A stretch of DNA of 61,949 nucleotides, filler included, from Dirinaria sp. TL-2023a (taxonomy: Eukaryota): NCBI GenBank assembly GCA_051941275.1. It is 6 parts of 6 records of this genome, joined end to end, with 100 filler letters (N's around TTAATTAATTAA, not from the genome) between each part and the next. Parts side by side here need not be neighbours in the genome. Positions count along the whole stretch, not along the records: positions 1 to 10,248 come from JAVEBF010000958.1; positions 10,349 to 20,595 come from JAVEBF010000959.1; 4 more parts are not named here. One strand, given 5' to 3'. Of the stretch, positions 1-11,325 are shown in pieces (position 1 is the first letter of the stretch; each line of letters begins with the position of its first letter). The position numbers and the translations under genes are program-made. The notes beneath the pieces are model-generated. The model was not told the origin of the DNA. It searched no databases and was given only the letters and a program-made list of their open reading frames with translations.

Positions 1-36
1 GAGAGAAGGAGAGAGGGAGAGAGAGGGGAGGGGAGG
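1..36. repeat. GA-rich low-complexity tract at the start of contig 1
   Basis: gagagaaggagagagggagagagaggggagggagg, read directly. Confidence 0.8.
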
Positions 37-119
37 TCTTGCTTGTGGATCTATGCTATGGATGGAATTGCAAGTTGCAGATTTTTTTTTTGATGTCTTA
101 CGCTGCGTGTCTATGGTTC

Positions 120-1687
120 TCAATGAGCGCCATTGACGCCATTCGCCGTCTCTTTCCCTTCCAGCTCGCAAAACGCTTTGAACGTCGTGAAACTCTCGCT
201 CCGGCTCTCGAGCACCACCTCGGCTGTCGCGCCTACGAAAAAAACGTACCCCTCGCCTACCTCCTCCGTCTTCGGGCCTACACTGATAGTCCCACTTCCC
301 TTGGTGCAGATGAAAATACTCGGTCCTTCGATGGCTTCGAACGTGGCTTTCGCGCCTTGGCCGTTGAGCTCGGTCTTGACGACGGAGAATTCTTCGATAG
401 GCGGGTCGTACAGGATCGCTGAGGAGGACGAAGAGTAGGCCGTGCTGTTCAATGTGACGTACGGGTAGTCGACGGGATGCATTTTCTGCTCGGAGATCGG
501 CGCGTAGGAATACGTGAGCATGGTGGTGAGCGTGGGGATGTCTTGGTACTTGGGCGTGAAGCCGGCGCGGACCACGTTGTCGGACGAAGCCATACATTCG
601 ATGATGTCTAAATGCCGCGTTAATTGGGTCTACTCGCTGGAGGGTGTGAATTACCTCCGCTCAGATAGGCATGAATGTCATCCGCTTTCAAGAACATGGC
701 TTCTCCTATTTCCAGCTTGACGTAGTTCAAGAAAAACAGAACGAAAAGGCCAATGTCCCCCTCGAACTGGGAGTTCAATCTTACGACCAGGTCGGCGAGC
801 TCCTGACCACCATTCGAAGGCCCACCTCCGCCAGCAAAGTTCTCTCCGTCTGTCTTAGCTGACTGGACGAGCTCTTTGGCAGCAGATGCAATGTTTGACT
901 TCTCATTCTTCATCAACGCCGAGAACGCCGCTTGTAGGGCTTTCTTATTTTTCTGGATCTGTTCATCCGCATCGGACGTCTCTTGGCCTTTCACCGATGA
1001 TTCGAAATCATGAGCGGCAGAATCGCCTACTAGCTTTCGTAATGATGGGACTGTGGAAAGGAAATGAGATATTTCGGCCAGAGGACGAAATCCGCAGAGA
1101 CCATCAAAAGGCGCCACAGCAATAGTCATTTCGGGTTTGTGATTATCGTCGGGATAGTTCTTGGAGTCTTTTGCGTGCAGCTGCTCTGCGAGTTTCTTGT
1201 TCGGATGGGCTTGGATACTGAGCGCTTTTCGGATCGAAAGGACCTTGAAAAGGAAGGGCAACTTCTCGCCAAAGCGTTTGCTGATGCCTGGCGACATGAG
1301 CGCTTGATTGTCCTGCACAAGGTCTAGGAGCGTTCGTTGAGTTTCGACATCTTTCGAAGGATTGGATGGATGGGTTCCCATCCATAACTGTGAAAGGGTT
1401 TAGAGCCCCAATCAAAACGTCGAAGGTATAGTCATACTTCCGCGTATGGTTTTTCCTGTTCTATCGAGAACCCGCTCGAAGGAGTAGCAGTTGCGAATTT
1501 CGCAGCCGCTGACTGAGAGCCAACCTTGCCTTGCGAACAACTCAGCTTTGGAAACACAATTTTTTATCTCTTTAGGAAAATTCACCCCAATCATAGCTAT
1601 TGACACCTATATCGCAATTAGCAGCGGAAAGCAACTCGAGTCATACAGCAGCATACCGCACTGTAGTCGAATGAGTGGGATTTGCAT
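120..1687 (-). CDS. PMI40: Mannose-6-phosphate isomerase (type I PMI), about 454 aa, 5 exons
   Basis: Exons 1687-1657, 1606-1586, 1529-1438, 1387-655, 607-120 splice in frame through GT-AG introns. Motifs: [71 protein letters not shown]. Confidence 0.96.
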
Positions 1688-2096
1688 GTTTATAAGCAAG
1701 ATATAGAAGAACTACAGATTGAGATCACTGAAATTTAAGGTCGTGAGACTCCAATGGCGGATTGATGCTGTTCAATGTTCTTACCAGATTGCAGAATCAT
1801 GCGGAGGATTGTGCTGAGAGCGCAAACTGACGTCTGGCCTTATCGATAGCGGCCCAGGCGGGAGGGCGGTTACTGCGGCTGTGAAATAGTTATGCCAGGG
1901 CGAACAGGGGGCAAAGATGTTTGGTTGAAGCACATTTGCGGGGAATGTCGCGTACATATATAAAGTCGACTACAGCCTACAGATAAATTCAATATTCACC
2001 TCTGCTTTGTTCAGCTCTGCAGAAGCCGCGTGCTAATATTCTTTCAACGTCTGTCACTATAATTTGAAACTTCTATCCCTAGGCTTCCGGGAAGCC

Positions 2097-3345
2097 ATGG
2101 CTGCCCGAAACAGACCCCGAGCAGCGATTATAAAAGAAGATCCTGCGGATGCACACGAGGAACGAAATATGTGGAATTCCATAGTCACGGATATCAAAAA
2201 GCTCAAACAGATCAATGCTAAAGCAGCGGAGATATCGACCCAAGTCGTCGACATAGAAGCGAAAATAGGCTCAAGTAGGTCATGGCTCATCATCTCGTCT
2301 GAACAACGCTCTCAATCTATGCTTCTTTACCTTTGTGCTCCTATGTTTGAATCACTTGAATCATGTACCAAGCAGCATTGCGACAATGTGTCGCCACGGA
2401 ATATCGATAATTCCTCCTACGTTATCTCAATTAATACACACATTCCAATTTTTATCGCTGACATTCGAACTTCGGGGATCTTTGACTAATAATCTACTGG
2501 GAAGAGCCATCATCGCAACAAATTGAGGACCTCACTAGCCTCTTTCGTGAAGGCATCAAGAATGCCGAGGAGGAGTACAAGATCCTAAACGAAGAACCCA
2601 ACGATGTAATCAAGAATGTTGGTATCTTACAAGCTCTTCGAATGGCAAGTGAAATTGAGCCACCACGCAATTCTCAACCCAAGAATCCAAGGAACCCGAA
2701 AAGGCAGAAGCTCGACACCGATGGAGCTGCGGACTCGCCAGGGCCTTCTCCGAGCGCCCCAACAGCGAAGTTGAAAGGGAGCAGTAGCGTCCGAAGTGGG
2801 TCAGTGCCAGCTTCAAGAGAGGTAAAGGAGCCTTCCGTGAAGCTCGAAGAAGGATCGGAAGGTCTCAAGGGTCCTGCAGGCGAAAAGGCCGGCAAATTCT
2901 TTGTTGGAGCCGAAGTTGCGTACAAGCAGGCCAAAATGAAGGAGGACGGCAGCCAATGGATTCAATGCAATATCAAATCAATATCGGATATTGCGAACAA
3001 GAAACGGTAAGTCCAATGATCGACACGCCTCTTCCGAGAGCTCGCCACTCATTTGAAATCAGCAGTTACGAAGTTCAAGATCCCGAACCCGATGAAAACG
3101 GCGCCCCGGGTCAGATCTACAAGGCCTATGCTGCTGCGCTAATTGCGATTCCGTCGCCAGATGCACCTCTCCCGGACTACGCGATCGGCAAGCAGGTTCT
3201 TGCCCGTTATCCAGAGACTACTACCTTTTATCGTGCCGAAGTTACTGGTCTGAAGAAAGACACATACAAGCTTAGGTTCGAGGACGATCAGAATCAAGAG
3301 ATGGAGGTTGGTCGGAGATTCGTGCTGGATGTCAGCAATAAGTAG
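2097..3345 (+). CDS. SGF29: SAGA-associated factor 29 (N-terminal helical region plus C-terminal tandem Tudor)
   Basis: Exons 2097-2274, 2505-3006, 3066-3345 are in frame. C-terminal GAEVAYK..WIQC..YEVQDPEPDE..VLARYPETTTFYRAEV..LRFEDD is typical of the Sgf29 Tudor pair. Confidence 0.9.
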
Positions 3346-4198
3346 GATTCTCACTGCCTGGATGTTGCATAGCGAGGCGTAGATAGGCAGCGGGCTGGCT
3401 TACATTGAGTGGCGTAAAGACAAGCGTGCTCGAGTTTCGTTTTTGGATCGTTGCGGTATTGGTGCTTTTGGGTGGTGACATACTTGATGATTGCGGGTTC
3501 GGAGGTCTGCCAGGGCTACGACTAGCGGTCGCACAGATCCTCGATACAGTACTTTAGTACCTTGAGATAGTGATCATAGTGTGCAATGGGTATGCAGGGT
3601 TCAAGTCTAGATCATTCTCGCCAACCGTCAAATTGCCACGTGGGAAGCCATGGATATCACCGAAGTGGGCATCAGCATTCAGCAAGCCACCTCCCTCGAC
3701 CGGGCACACCGGGGGGCCGTCGGGGGGTTCGTATTTACCTAATGGGTACTAGTACAGGGGTCAAAGCAGCCAACCGCGTCTGTCTCATATTACTTGCTCG
3801 TACCTTATGTATGGTAAAATTCTAGACAGCAAGCTAGAGTGTTTGAGATTTGAAGCTCCGAAGCCGATTCGATCCTTCAGAAAATGCTTTGCAGCTCGGT
3901 AAATTAGACCCATACTGTCCACATCTCATCAGCCATTTAGCTGTGGTCCGAGCTGATGAGGGCGCCCACGAATATTCAATCCATGACTTTGTCCCCCACA
4001 CCAATTTCCCAGACCATGGTATAATATTGCTGCGCGCCTGTCCTTTGCGAACGCAATCTGCTCAGCTTAGGCCAACATCCTCCCTCCTTCAGCGAGGAAA
4101 CTGCTTCGAACACCAAAGGATTCATTCTCATTGCACGAAATAATTCCACTTCTACCTGCTATCGCCTAGCTCAGTGCACGGAAACATCGCACTCCATA

Positions 4199-4994
<796 letters not shown>

Positions 4995-5460
4995 CGTTCC
5001 AGCTGACATTGTCCATTGACTTACTGACGACCTTTTACTTTCGACGATACCACTGTACATTATGTTCCGCTTGACTTTGCGGAAGCGTTTCTCTGCTTTT
5101 AGCGTCTTTCGCATCCGCGACTCGCGTGAGGGTCTCGATTTACGGATCTTTAATGCCATGCGTTAGTTATTTTTGATTCGAGTGGGGGACCTCTATTCTG
5201 AAGACGACTTGTATTAATAGCTTACGGCTTTTGCTTCTGCCGGTCATCCGAGCAATCGCTTGCTATTGGTGGGATTACTTAATTTCGTTTATGAGACGAG
5301 AACGAAGCACCTTGTCAAGACATTACATCCAATTTCCCGCAAGACTCTATCAATATCCTGTACAACTTCAAATTGAATGGGTATCATCGAGCTGCCATGG
5401 ACATTCCTCAAAGTTCAAAGAAGCTCCTCCAAAAATAAGCGATGTACTGCGAGCGGCCCA

Positions 5461-6108
5461 TCACCCGACGCTCCTCCACAGTTCCCTCAAATCTCCACCC
5501 TCCCCCGTACCCGTATCTTTGTCCCACTCGCCCATTCCCCAGCCCTCGCCCAACGTCCCCAGCACGCTGGCAGGTTTCCCCCCAACAACAAAGCCACTGG
5601 CAACAACCATCCCAGTTGGCACAACAGCACCATCGAGGACCTTGCAACCCTCCTTCAAAATGGCAAATTTTCCCACAACAGCTCCAGCACCAACCCAAAC
5701 ATGACTCTCGATCAGCGCGGCCTCCACAATGGCCCCAGCGCCGATAAAGACATGATCGTGGATGCGGAGAGGGTGATAGGATATCGTTTCCCTGCTCAGC
5801 CTATGCGGTGGACGTATGATCGCGCCGGCGCTGACGTAGGTGTAGCGGCCGATGGCAACGCTGACGATGTTGGGTGGAGGCTGTTGTTTCTCGCCGGAGC
5901 CTTTGGAGGATGGGTCTTGGGTGGAACGGGAGGAGCGCTGAGGCACGAGGTCCCCTCGGATGCAGACATCGGCGCAGACGGTAGTGCGCCCCGCGAGCGT
6001 GATGTGTTGCGTGCCGTGTAGCTGGGAGCGCCGGGAAACCTTATTCCCGGTGTCGGTGACCACGTATTCGGATTTGGGGGCTTTGGAGGAGGCGGGGTTG
6101 GGTGGCAT
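5461..6108 (-). CDS. DCTN5: Dynactin subunit p25 (left-handed beta-helix)
   Basis: EYVVTDTGNKVSRRSQLHGTQHITLAGRT..IRGDL, followed by hexapeptide repeats (DHVFIGAGAIVEAA..VWVGAGAVVGKFAILKEGCKVLDGAVVP). Confidence 0.9.
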   Translation of the reverse strand: MPPNPASSKAPKSEYVVTDTGNKVSRRSQLHGTQHITLAGRTTVCADVCIRGDLVPQRSSRSTQDPSSKGSGEKQQPPPNIVSVAIGRYTYVSAGAIIRPPHRLSRETISYHPLRIHDHVFIGAGAIVEAALIESHVWVGAGAVVGKFAILKEGCKVLDGAVVPTGMVVASGFVVGGKPASVLGTLGEGWGMGEWDKDTGTGEGGDLRELWRSVG

Positions 6109-6501
6109 GGGGAATTGGAGGCCTAGAGAGAGAGAGCGAACTAGCCCGATTTATGTTGCGCCGGGGAGTGTTCTGATTCGGTTGTACACTACCAACTTTC
6201 TCTGGCACTGCGAATGCATTCTGTGGTAATGAGAAAGATTTCGTATAGGTGGTCCGCTGACTTGTTTGCGGGTCATTTTACTTGACTTCTCTTGCCCATA
6301 CAGCCCCGGTAAACCAAATTAAGAGGAGCATCTGGTGCCTAAGCCTAATCAGGCCTTTCCGTAGCGCTGGTGGCGCGAGGCACCGAAACATGACTCGAGC
6401 AACCGCAATATCGGGCTTCGACCTGACAGGTCACAGTCGGACTGCTGCACCTTAGACGCACGTTCATCCGACCGGGTATATAGCCTCGCGTCAGCAGCTG
6501 T

Positions 6502-8097
6502 ATGGATGTTCGATCTGACACTGGTTCCTTCCCCAGACCGTCTCCCAGCAGCAGCAGTGCCACCTTCGCCACCGCTACCGACACCAATGACTCCAAACCT
6601 CCCGCCAAGAAGCGAAGAGCTTCCACCGCAACGTCTCGAGGCGTTGCCAACCTCACCCCGGAGCAGCTGGCTAAGAAACGAGCAAACGATCGTGAAGCGC
6701 AACGGGCCATTCGGGAGAGAACCAAGGGCCAGATTGAGACTTTGGAGCGGAAGATTCAGGAATTGACCTCCCAGCAGCCGTACCAGGATCTTCAAAATGT
6801 TATTCGCCAGAAGGAACTCGTGGAGACGGAGAATGCGGAGATCAAGAGGCGGCTGCACTCAGTGATCGGTATCATACAACCGCTACTGGGGATCAGTGGA
6901 GCTGGTCAGAATGGCTTATCTCCAGGCGGAATCTATGAGTCTGATAACAAAGCTCTAGACTTGGCCTTGTCCAGCTATCGTGATGCGCCTAATCTACAGT
7001 TGGATTGCAATGCCAAAGCATTGAGTGTGCCTCAAAATAACCCTGGCTTGCTCAATCTTACTCCTCAGACCGATCCTGCAACGCTCCAAAGCTCCACCCC
7101 AAGCTCCTCTACATACGCATCACCTCCTCAGATTCCACAGCAAGTGTCGCATTTTTCGCCCTCCACCCCTTACACACCACAGTCTACAGGGCCAAATTAT
7201 GCCTTGGACCGGCAAAGAAGCAATCTCGCGCATGGGCTAGATCTGCGTGCGTCGGGGGAGAAATTGGATCTTGGCTTTCTCCTTGACTCCCGACAAGATG
7301 TCCGGCATGGCAGACCGCAAGCTCCAGTTTCTGAATACAAGGGAGTGACGCCAAAGCCCTCGCACGTGTCCAATCCAATTCTCGCTGGAAGGAGAGATCA
7401 TGGATTTGACTCGTCCATTTGCGCATACGCCACACCTGTTCGTAACACAGGCCCTACTTGTCCGCTCGATGGCCTCCTGCTTGACTTTCTAGCAGAAAGA
7501 CAGCGTCAAGCTGCAGAAGGCGCGTCAAGCCAGAGCCTGGTTGGCCCTCCATATCCGAGCGTCGCTTCTCTGCTGAACCCTGAGCGCAGCAGACTCGCTC
7601 ACCCGCTCTCTAAAGTATTCACGGATATTATCGGTACTTTTCCCGATCTCTCCAGCCTACCCGAACAGGTCGCCGTGCTGTACGTGATGTTCCTGATCAT
7701 GCGCTGGCAGATATCGCCCACGCAAGAGAATTATGACCGCCTACCGGAATGGGTAACACCGCGTCCTTCTCAGCTGTTCACCCCGCATCCCGCTTGGATA
7801 GATCATCTCCCTTGGCCTCGCATGCGAGACAAGATGGTGTACTTATACCCTAACATTGCATTCGACTCTTGGTTCATCCCTTATACCACCACATTGTCGC
7901 TGAATTGGCCGTATGAGCCTACCGATACTCTGATATCAATGCCAGACTCGGACGAGCCATCGATTAACCCGGTGTTTGAGAGACACATTCGAGATCTCAA
8001 TAATTGGTCGCTGGGACCAGCTTTTGCCAAGGCTTTTCCGATGTTAGTGGAGACGACGAAGATCAAGCCGGAGACGCCCAGGAGGCAGAGTCCGTGA
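6502..8097 (+). CDS. bZIP transcription factor with C-terminal DUF3425-type domain
   Basis: Basic region LAKKRANDREAQRAIRERTK plus a heptad zipper. C-terminal PRPSQLFTPHPAWIDHLPWPRMRD..NWSLG. Probable in-frame intron at 6905-6958. Confidence 0.85.
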   Translation: MDVRSDTGSFPRPSPSSSSATFATATDTNDSKPPAKKRRASTATSRGVANLTPEQLAKKRANDREAQRAIRERTKGQIETLERKIQELTSQQPYQDLQNVIRQKELVETENAEIKRRLHSVIGIIQPLLGISGAGQNGLSPGGIYESDNKALDLALSSYRDAPNLQLDCNAKALSVPQNNPGLLNLTPQTDPATLQSSTPSSSTYASPPQIPQQVSHFSPSTPYTPQSTGPNYALDRQRSNLAHGLDLRASGEKLDLGFLLDSRQDVRHGRPQAPVSEYKGVTPKPSHVSNPILAGRRDHGFDSSICAYATPVRNTGPTCPLDGLLLDFLAERQRQAAEGASSQSLVGPPYPSVASLLNPERSRLAHPLSKVFTDIIGTFPDLSSLPEQVAVLYVMFLIMRWQISPTQENYDRLPEWVTPRPSQLFTPHPAWIDHLPWPRMRDKMVYLYPNIAFDSWFIPYTTTLSLNWPYEPTDTLISMPDSDEPSINPVFERHIRDLNNWSLGPAFAKAFPMLVETTKIKPETPRRQSP

Positions 8098-8644
8098 TGT
8101 GTAGTCATTGTACATACGGCAACATTTGGATACCTCTGAGAACAGCATGAGAATTACTTTCCAAAGCGAGTGACGGGAAGCAATTGGGCTCCATGTCACG
8201 AAACAAATTATATTTTTTGAAGGTACATTGTTACCTTACCACACAGCCATCAAGAAGAATTTGCACAATAATGAAATGAGCAAGAGAGTGCGAAGAGTGG
8301 TATGTGCACCTAAATGGCTTCTTGCAGCTTTCATTTTTCTCTTTCCTTTTTTTTCCCTCTTTTTGTGTGTGAAAATCAGTGCGTAGGATTGCGTGCGATC
8401 TGTAGCATAATCGATATCGATACGGAGTAGAGCCGGACCCCCTCGACCACTGAATTCGCATCTACAGGTACCCGTACCTTAGGGCACGCGGCTAGGGCAT
8501 GATGATGTCAACACATCACTCAATCTCCGCTTTCCCGTATTATTTATTTAAGGTACCTTATGTACAGTCACTCTTCCATGGAAGTCGTGCTGCTTGAAAA
8601 CAAATGCTTTCCCAATTACTTTGATATTATCGTGGTCCCCCTCA

Positions 8645-10087
8645 ATGGCAGTTTCAAAGCCTCCATGGGGTCTCTATTGGCGGTCCCACACTCTTTTCAT
8701 TGTTTCAACTGTAGGCATTGGTCTCTTCACTGACCTCTTTCTCTACGGTCTCATTGTGCCCATCCTCCCCTTCATCCTTCGCGATCGAGCCTCTCTCCCT
8801 CCGTCCCAGATCCAGTCTCATGTTTCTGGCCTCCTTGCGGCCTACGCTGGTGCCAGCGTGCTTTGCTCGCCCGCGGCGGGCATAATCGCTGATAGGGTGA
8901 CTTCGAGGCAAACGCCGTTCTTGATAGGGCTATTCGCACTGCTGGCAGCGACGCTGATGCTATGCTTGGGGCAGAATGTGCCGGTATTGGTAGTTGCAAG
9001 GGTGTTGCAGGGCATCAGTGCAGCCGTTGTGTGGACAATCGGGCTGGCCCTCGTGCTGGACACGGTCGGACCGGAAAATCTAGGAAAGACAATCGGCAGT
9101 ATTTTTGGCTTCATCTCCATCGGCGAGCTCGCGGCTCCTGTCCTCGGTGGTGTGATCTATCGCAAAGCCGGATACTGGGGCGTTTTCGGGCTCGGTCTGG
9201 CACTTATAGCTGTGGACTTCATTATGCGATTGCTGCTGATTGAAAAGAAGACCGCAGCCAGATACGCAGACAGCAAGACCCCCAATGGCGAGCCGTATAC
9301 CCAACAAAGCGACCAGGACACCGAGAACGGAGACACAGCTACCAATGAAGAAGGAGAAGGAGAAGAATCCCTACCTCTCCTCCAAAAAGAACCCCTCGAC
9401 TCCTTCAAAGTCCCTCCCAACCAACCCGCTGCAATCCGCTTCTTCCCGCTCCTCTACTGCCTCTCAGACCCGCGCCTCCTGACCGCCCTCCTCCTAGCCT
9501 TCATCCAAGCAACCCTCCTCTCCACCTTCGACGCCACAATCCCGACCGTTGCCGAATCGTACTTCGGATTCACCTCGCTGAGCGCAGGCCTCCTCTTCAT
9601 CGCCTTGGTCCTCCCCTACCTCCTCCTCGGCCCCGTCGCAGGCTGGGGCGTCGACAAATACGGCACGAAACCCGCCGCGGTGCTGGGATTCGGCTACCTC
9701 GTCCCCGTCCTCATCCTCCTCCGCCTCGCGCGCCCAGGCTCCAAACCGCAGATCATAACCTACTGCGCCATCCTCGCCCTCTGCGGCATCGGCCTCGCCG
9801 CCATCGGCAGCCCGAGTATCGTCGAGGCCAGCAACGTCGTCCAGGCGTACGAAAGGGCCAACGAAGGCTTCTTCGGCGCCGGCGGGCCCTATGCCCAGCT
9901 TTACGGCTTGAACAGTATGGTCTTCAGTGCCGGGTTGACGCTGGGCCCGCTGTTGTCCGGCGCGCTGAAGGATGCGATCGGGTACGGCAATATGAATGCC
10001 GTGGTGGCGGGGCTGTGTGCGCTGACGGCGGCGCTGAGCGCGATGTTTGTAGGTGGTAGGCCGAGGGCGTTGAGGAGGCGGTTTTGA
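8645..10087 (+). CDS. MFS transporter, 12-TM, vesicular amine transporter/DHA1-like
   Basis: Intronless ORF from ATG 8645. Motifs FTDLFLYGLIVPILP, GIIADRVTSRQ (motif A-like), ARVLQGISAA, GWGVDKYGTK. Two hydrophobic bundles are separated by an acidic loop. Confidence 0.9.
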   Translation: MAVSKPPWGLYWRSHTLFIVSTVGIGLFTDLFLYGLIVPILPFILRDRASLPPSQIQSHVSGLLAAYAGASVLCSPAAGIIADRVTSRQTPFLIGLFALLAATLMLCLGQNVPVLVVARVLQGISAAVVWTIGLALVLDTVGPENLGKTIGSIFGFISIGELAAPVLGGVIYRKAGYWGVFGLGLALIAVDFIMRLLLIEKKTAARYADSKTPNGEPYTQQSDQDTENGDTATNEEGEGEESLPLLQKEPLDSFKVPPNQPAAIRFFPLLYCLSDPRLLTALLLAFIQATLLSTFDATIPTVAESYFGFTSLSAGLLFIALVLPYLLLGPVAGWGVDKYGTKPAAVLGFGYLVPVLILLRLARPGSKPQIITYCAILALCGIGLAAIGSPSIVEASNVVQAYERANEGFFGAGGPYAQLYGLNSMVFSAGLTLGPLLSGALKDAIGYGNMNAVVAGLCALTAALSAMFVGGRPRALRRRF

Positions 10088-10248
10088 AAATCATGGGGAT
10101 ATCGATCAACTCCACTTTTTACTCCGCCCATATATATTATTTTGGGGCTTATTGTCTCTTCGAAAAGTCTTTCTGTTTCATTATTCTCTCAGGGCATCAT
10201 CAGCGCTCGGCCGGGCATTTAGCATTTCCAGCATCCTCTTATAAGATC

Positions 10249-10348
10249 NNNNNNNNNNNNNNNNNNNNNNNNNNNNNNNNNNNNNNNNNNNNTTAATTAA
10301 TTAANNNNNNNNNNNNNNNNNNNNNNNNNNNNNNNNNNNNNNNNNNNN
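10249..10348. other. Artificial contig-join spacer
   Basis: 44 N + TTAATTAATTAA (stops in all six frames) + 44 N. Confidence 0.99.
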
Positions 10349-11325
10349 AAGGTAGGCAGGGGTCCAGATGGTTGACTCGCTTTTGGCTTCCACGACGTAA
10401 GTGACTCTCAAGTACGGTAGTACATACTTCATACAATCACCAAATGAGCACCAAGGCACCGTGAGATTACTAAGTAAGACAGACTTTACTGTGCATCCAG
10501 AAACACTGGACTACTTTACTTTACCTTACCTTGCTACCTTAATTCCTCACATTCACTTTTATAGGAAGTCACTCTGATCAAACATGTCTTTTCTTTGGGA
10601 AGGACGAGGAGAGTACTGTGTGAGATGTCTGCGCCCGCCTCCGCGGCCATATCGACCATAGACTGTGCCACAGCATGTTCAATCCCGTGAGCAACAATGC
10701 ATGCCGTCCCAGGTGAAACCAATTGGCCATCCAAATGGCTCTTAGACTCCACAAGTCCTGCTCTCGGGAATCGAATGGGAATATAATATACCTTACCTTA
10801 CTTAGTCTGCCTGCCAAGTCCATCAACAGGTGTGACTTAGCTCCCGTTGGCAAACCGAGGCTCCCGAGAGAAAGTTGACCGGACGATACAGCCCTACTAC
10901 GCACCAGCAGCAAAGAATGATGCCAGTCTTGATCGGATTGATTGGAGACTCCGGAGCGGTCAGATCGTTAAGTTCGGCGCTTGACAGCACATCATCAATT
11001 CTTGGGCCCGCTACGTCTGCTCATTCGTCGGCTCCACCATGGAAGCTGCGGCAGCGCTTAGGCTGCTGTCCACCATCGCGATTGGCGAGTGGCCCTCTCG
11101 CTAGTCGCTACCGAACTGCATTTGCTCTTATCGCCGGTAGAACGTTGAGAGTACAGTACTTCGTACTAATGTCTCACGGTACATATGTCCATGGTAGCAG
11201 GGTATATGATAGCTGCTAAGGCTGAGGAACACGCCGTAAGCACGTAGCTATACATCATCTCGCCACATGCCACAAGCCACCAACACCGTGCCAAAGCGCG
11301 TGAAGAAATGCATATATCAAGCCGC

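Noticed and set aside
5231..6021. Long plus-strand ORFs overlapping dynactin p25
   Set aside because: These are antisense shadows of a GC-rich gene with no recognisable motifs.
10293..10304. TTAATTAATTAA recurring about every 10.3 kb as a periodic element or piggyBac-type TTAA site
   Set aside because: It is always embedded in N runs, so it is a synthetic linker.
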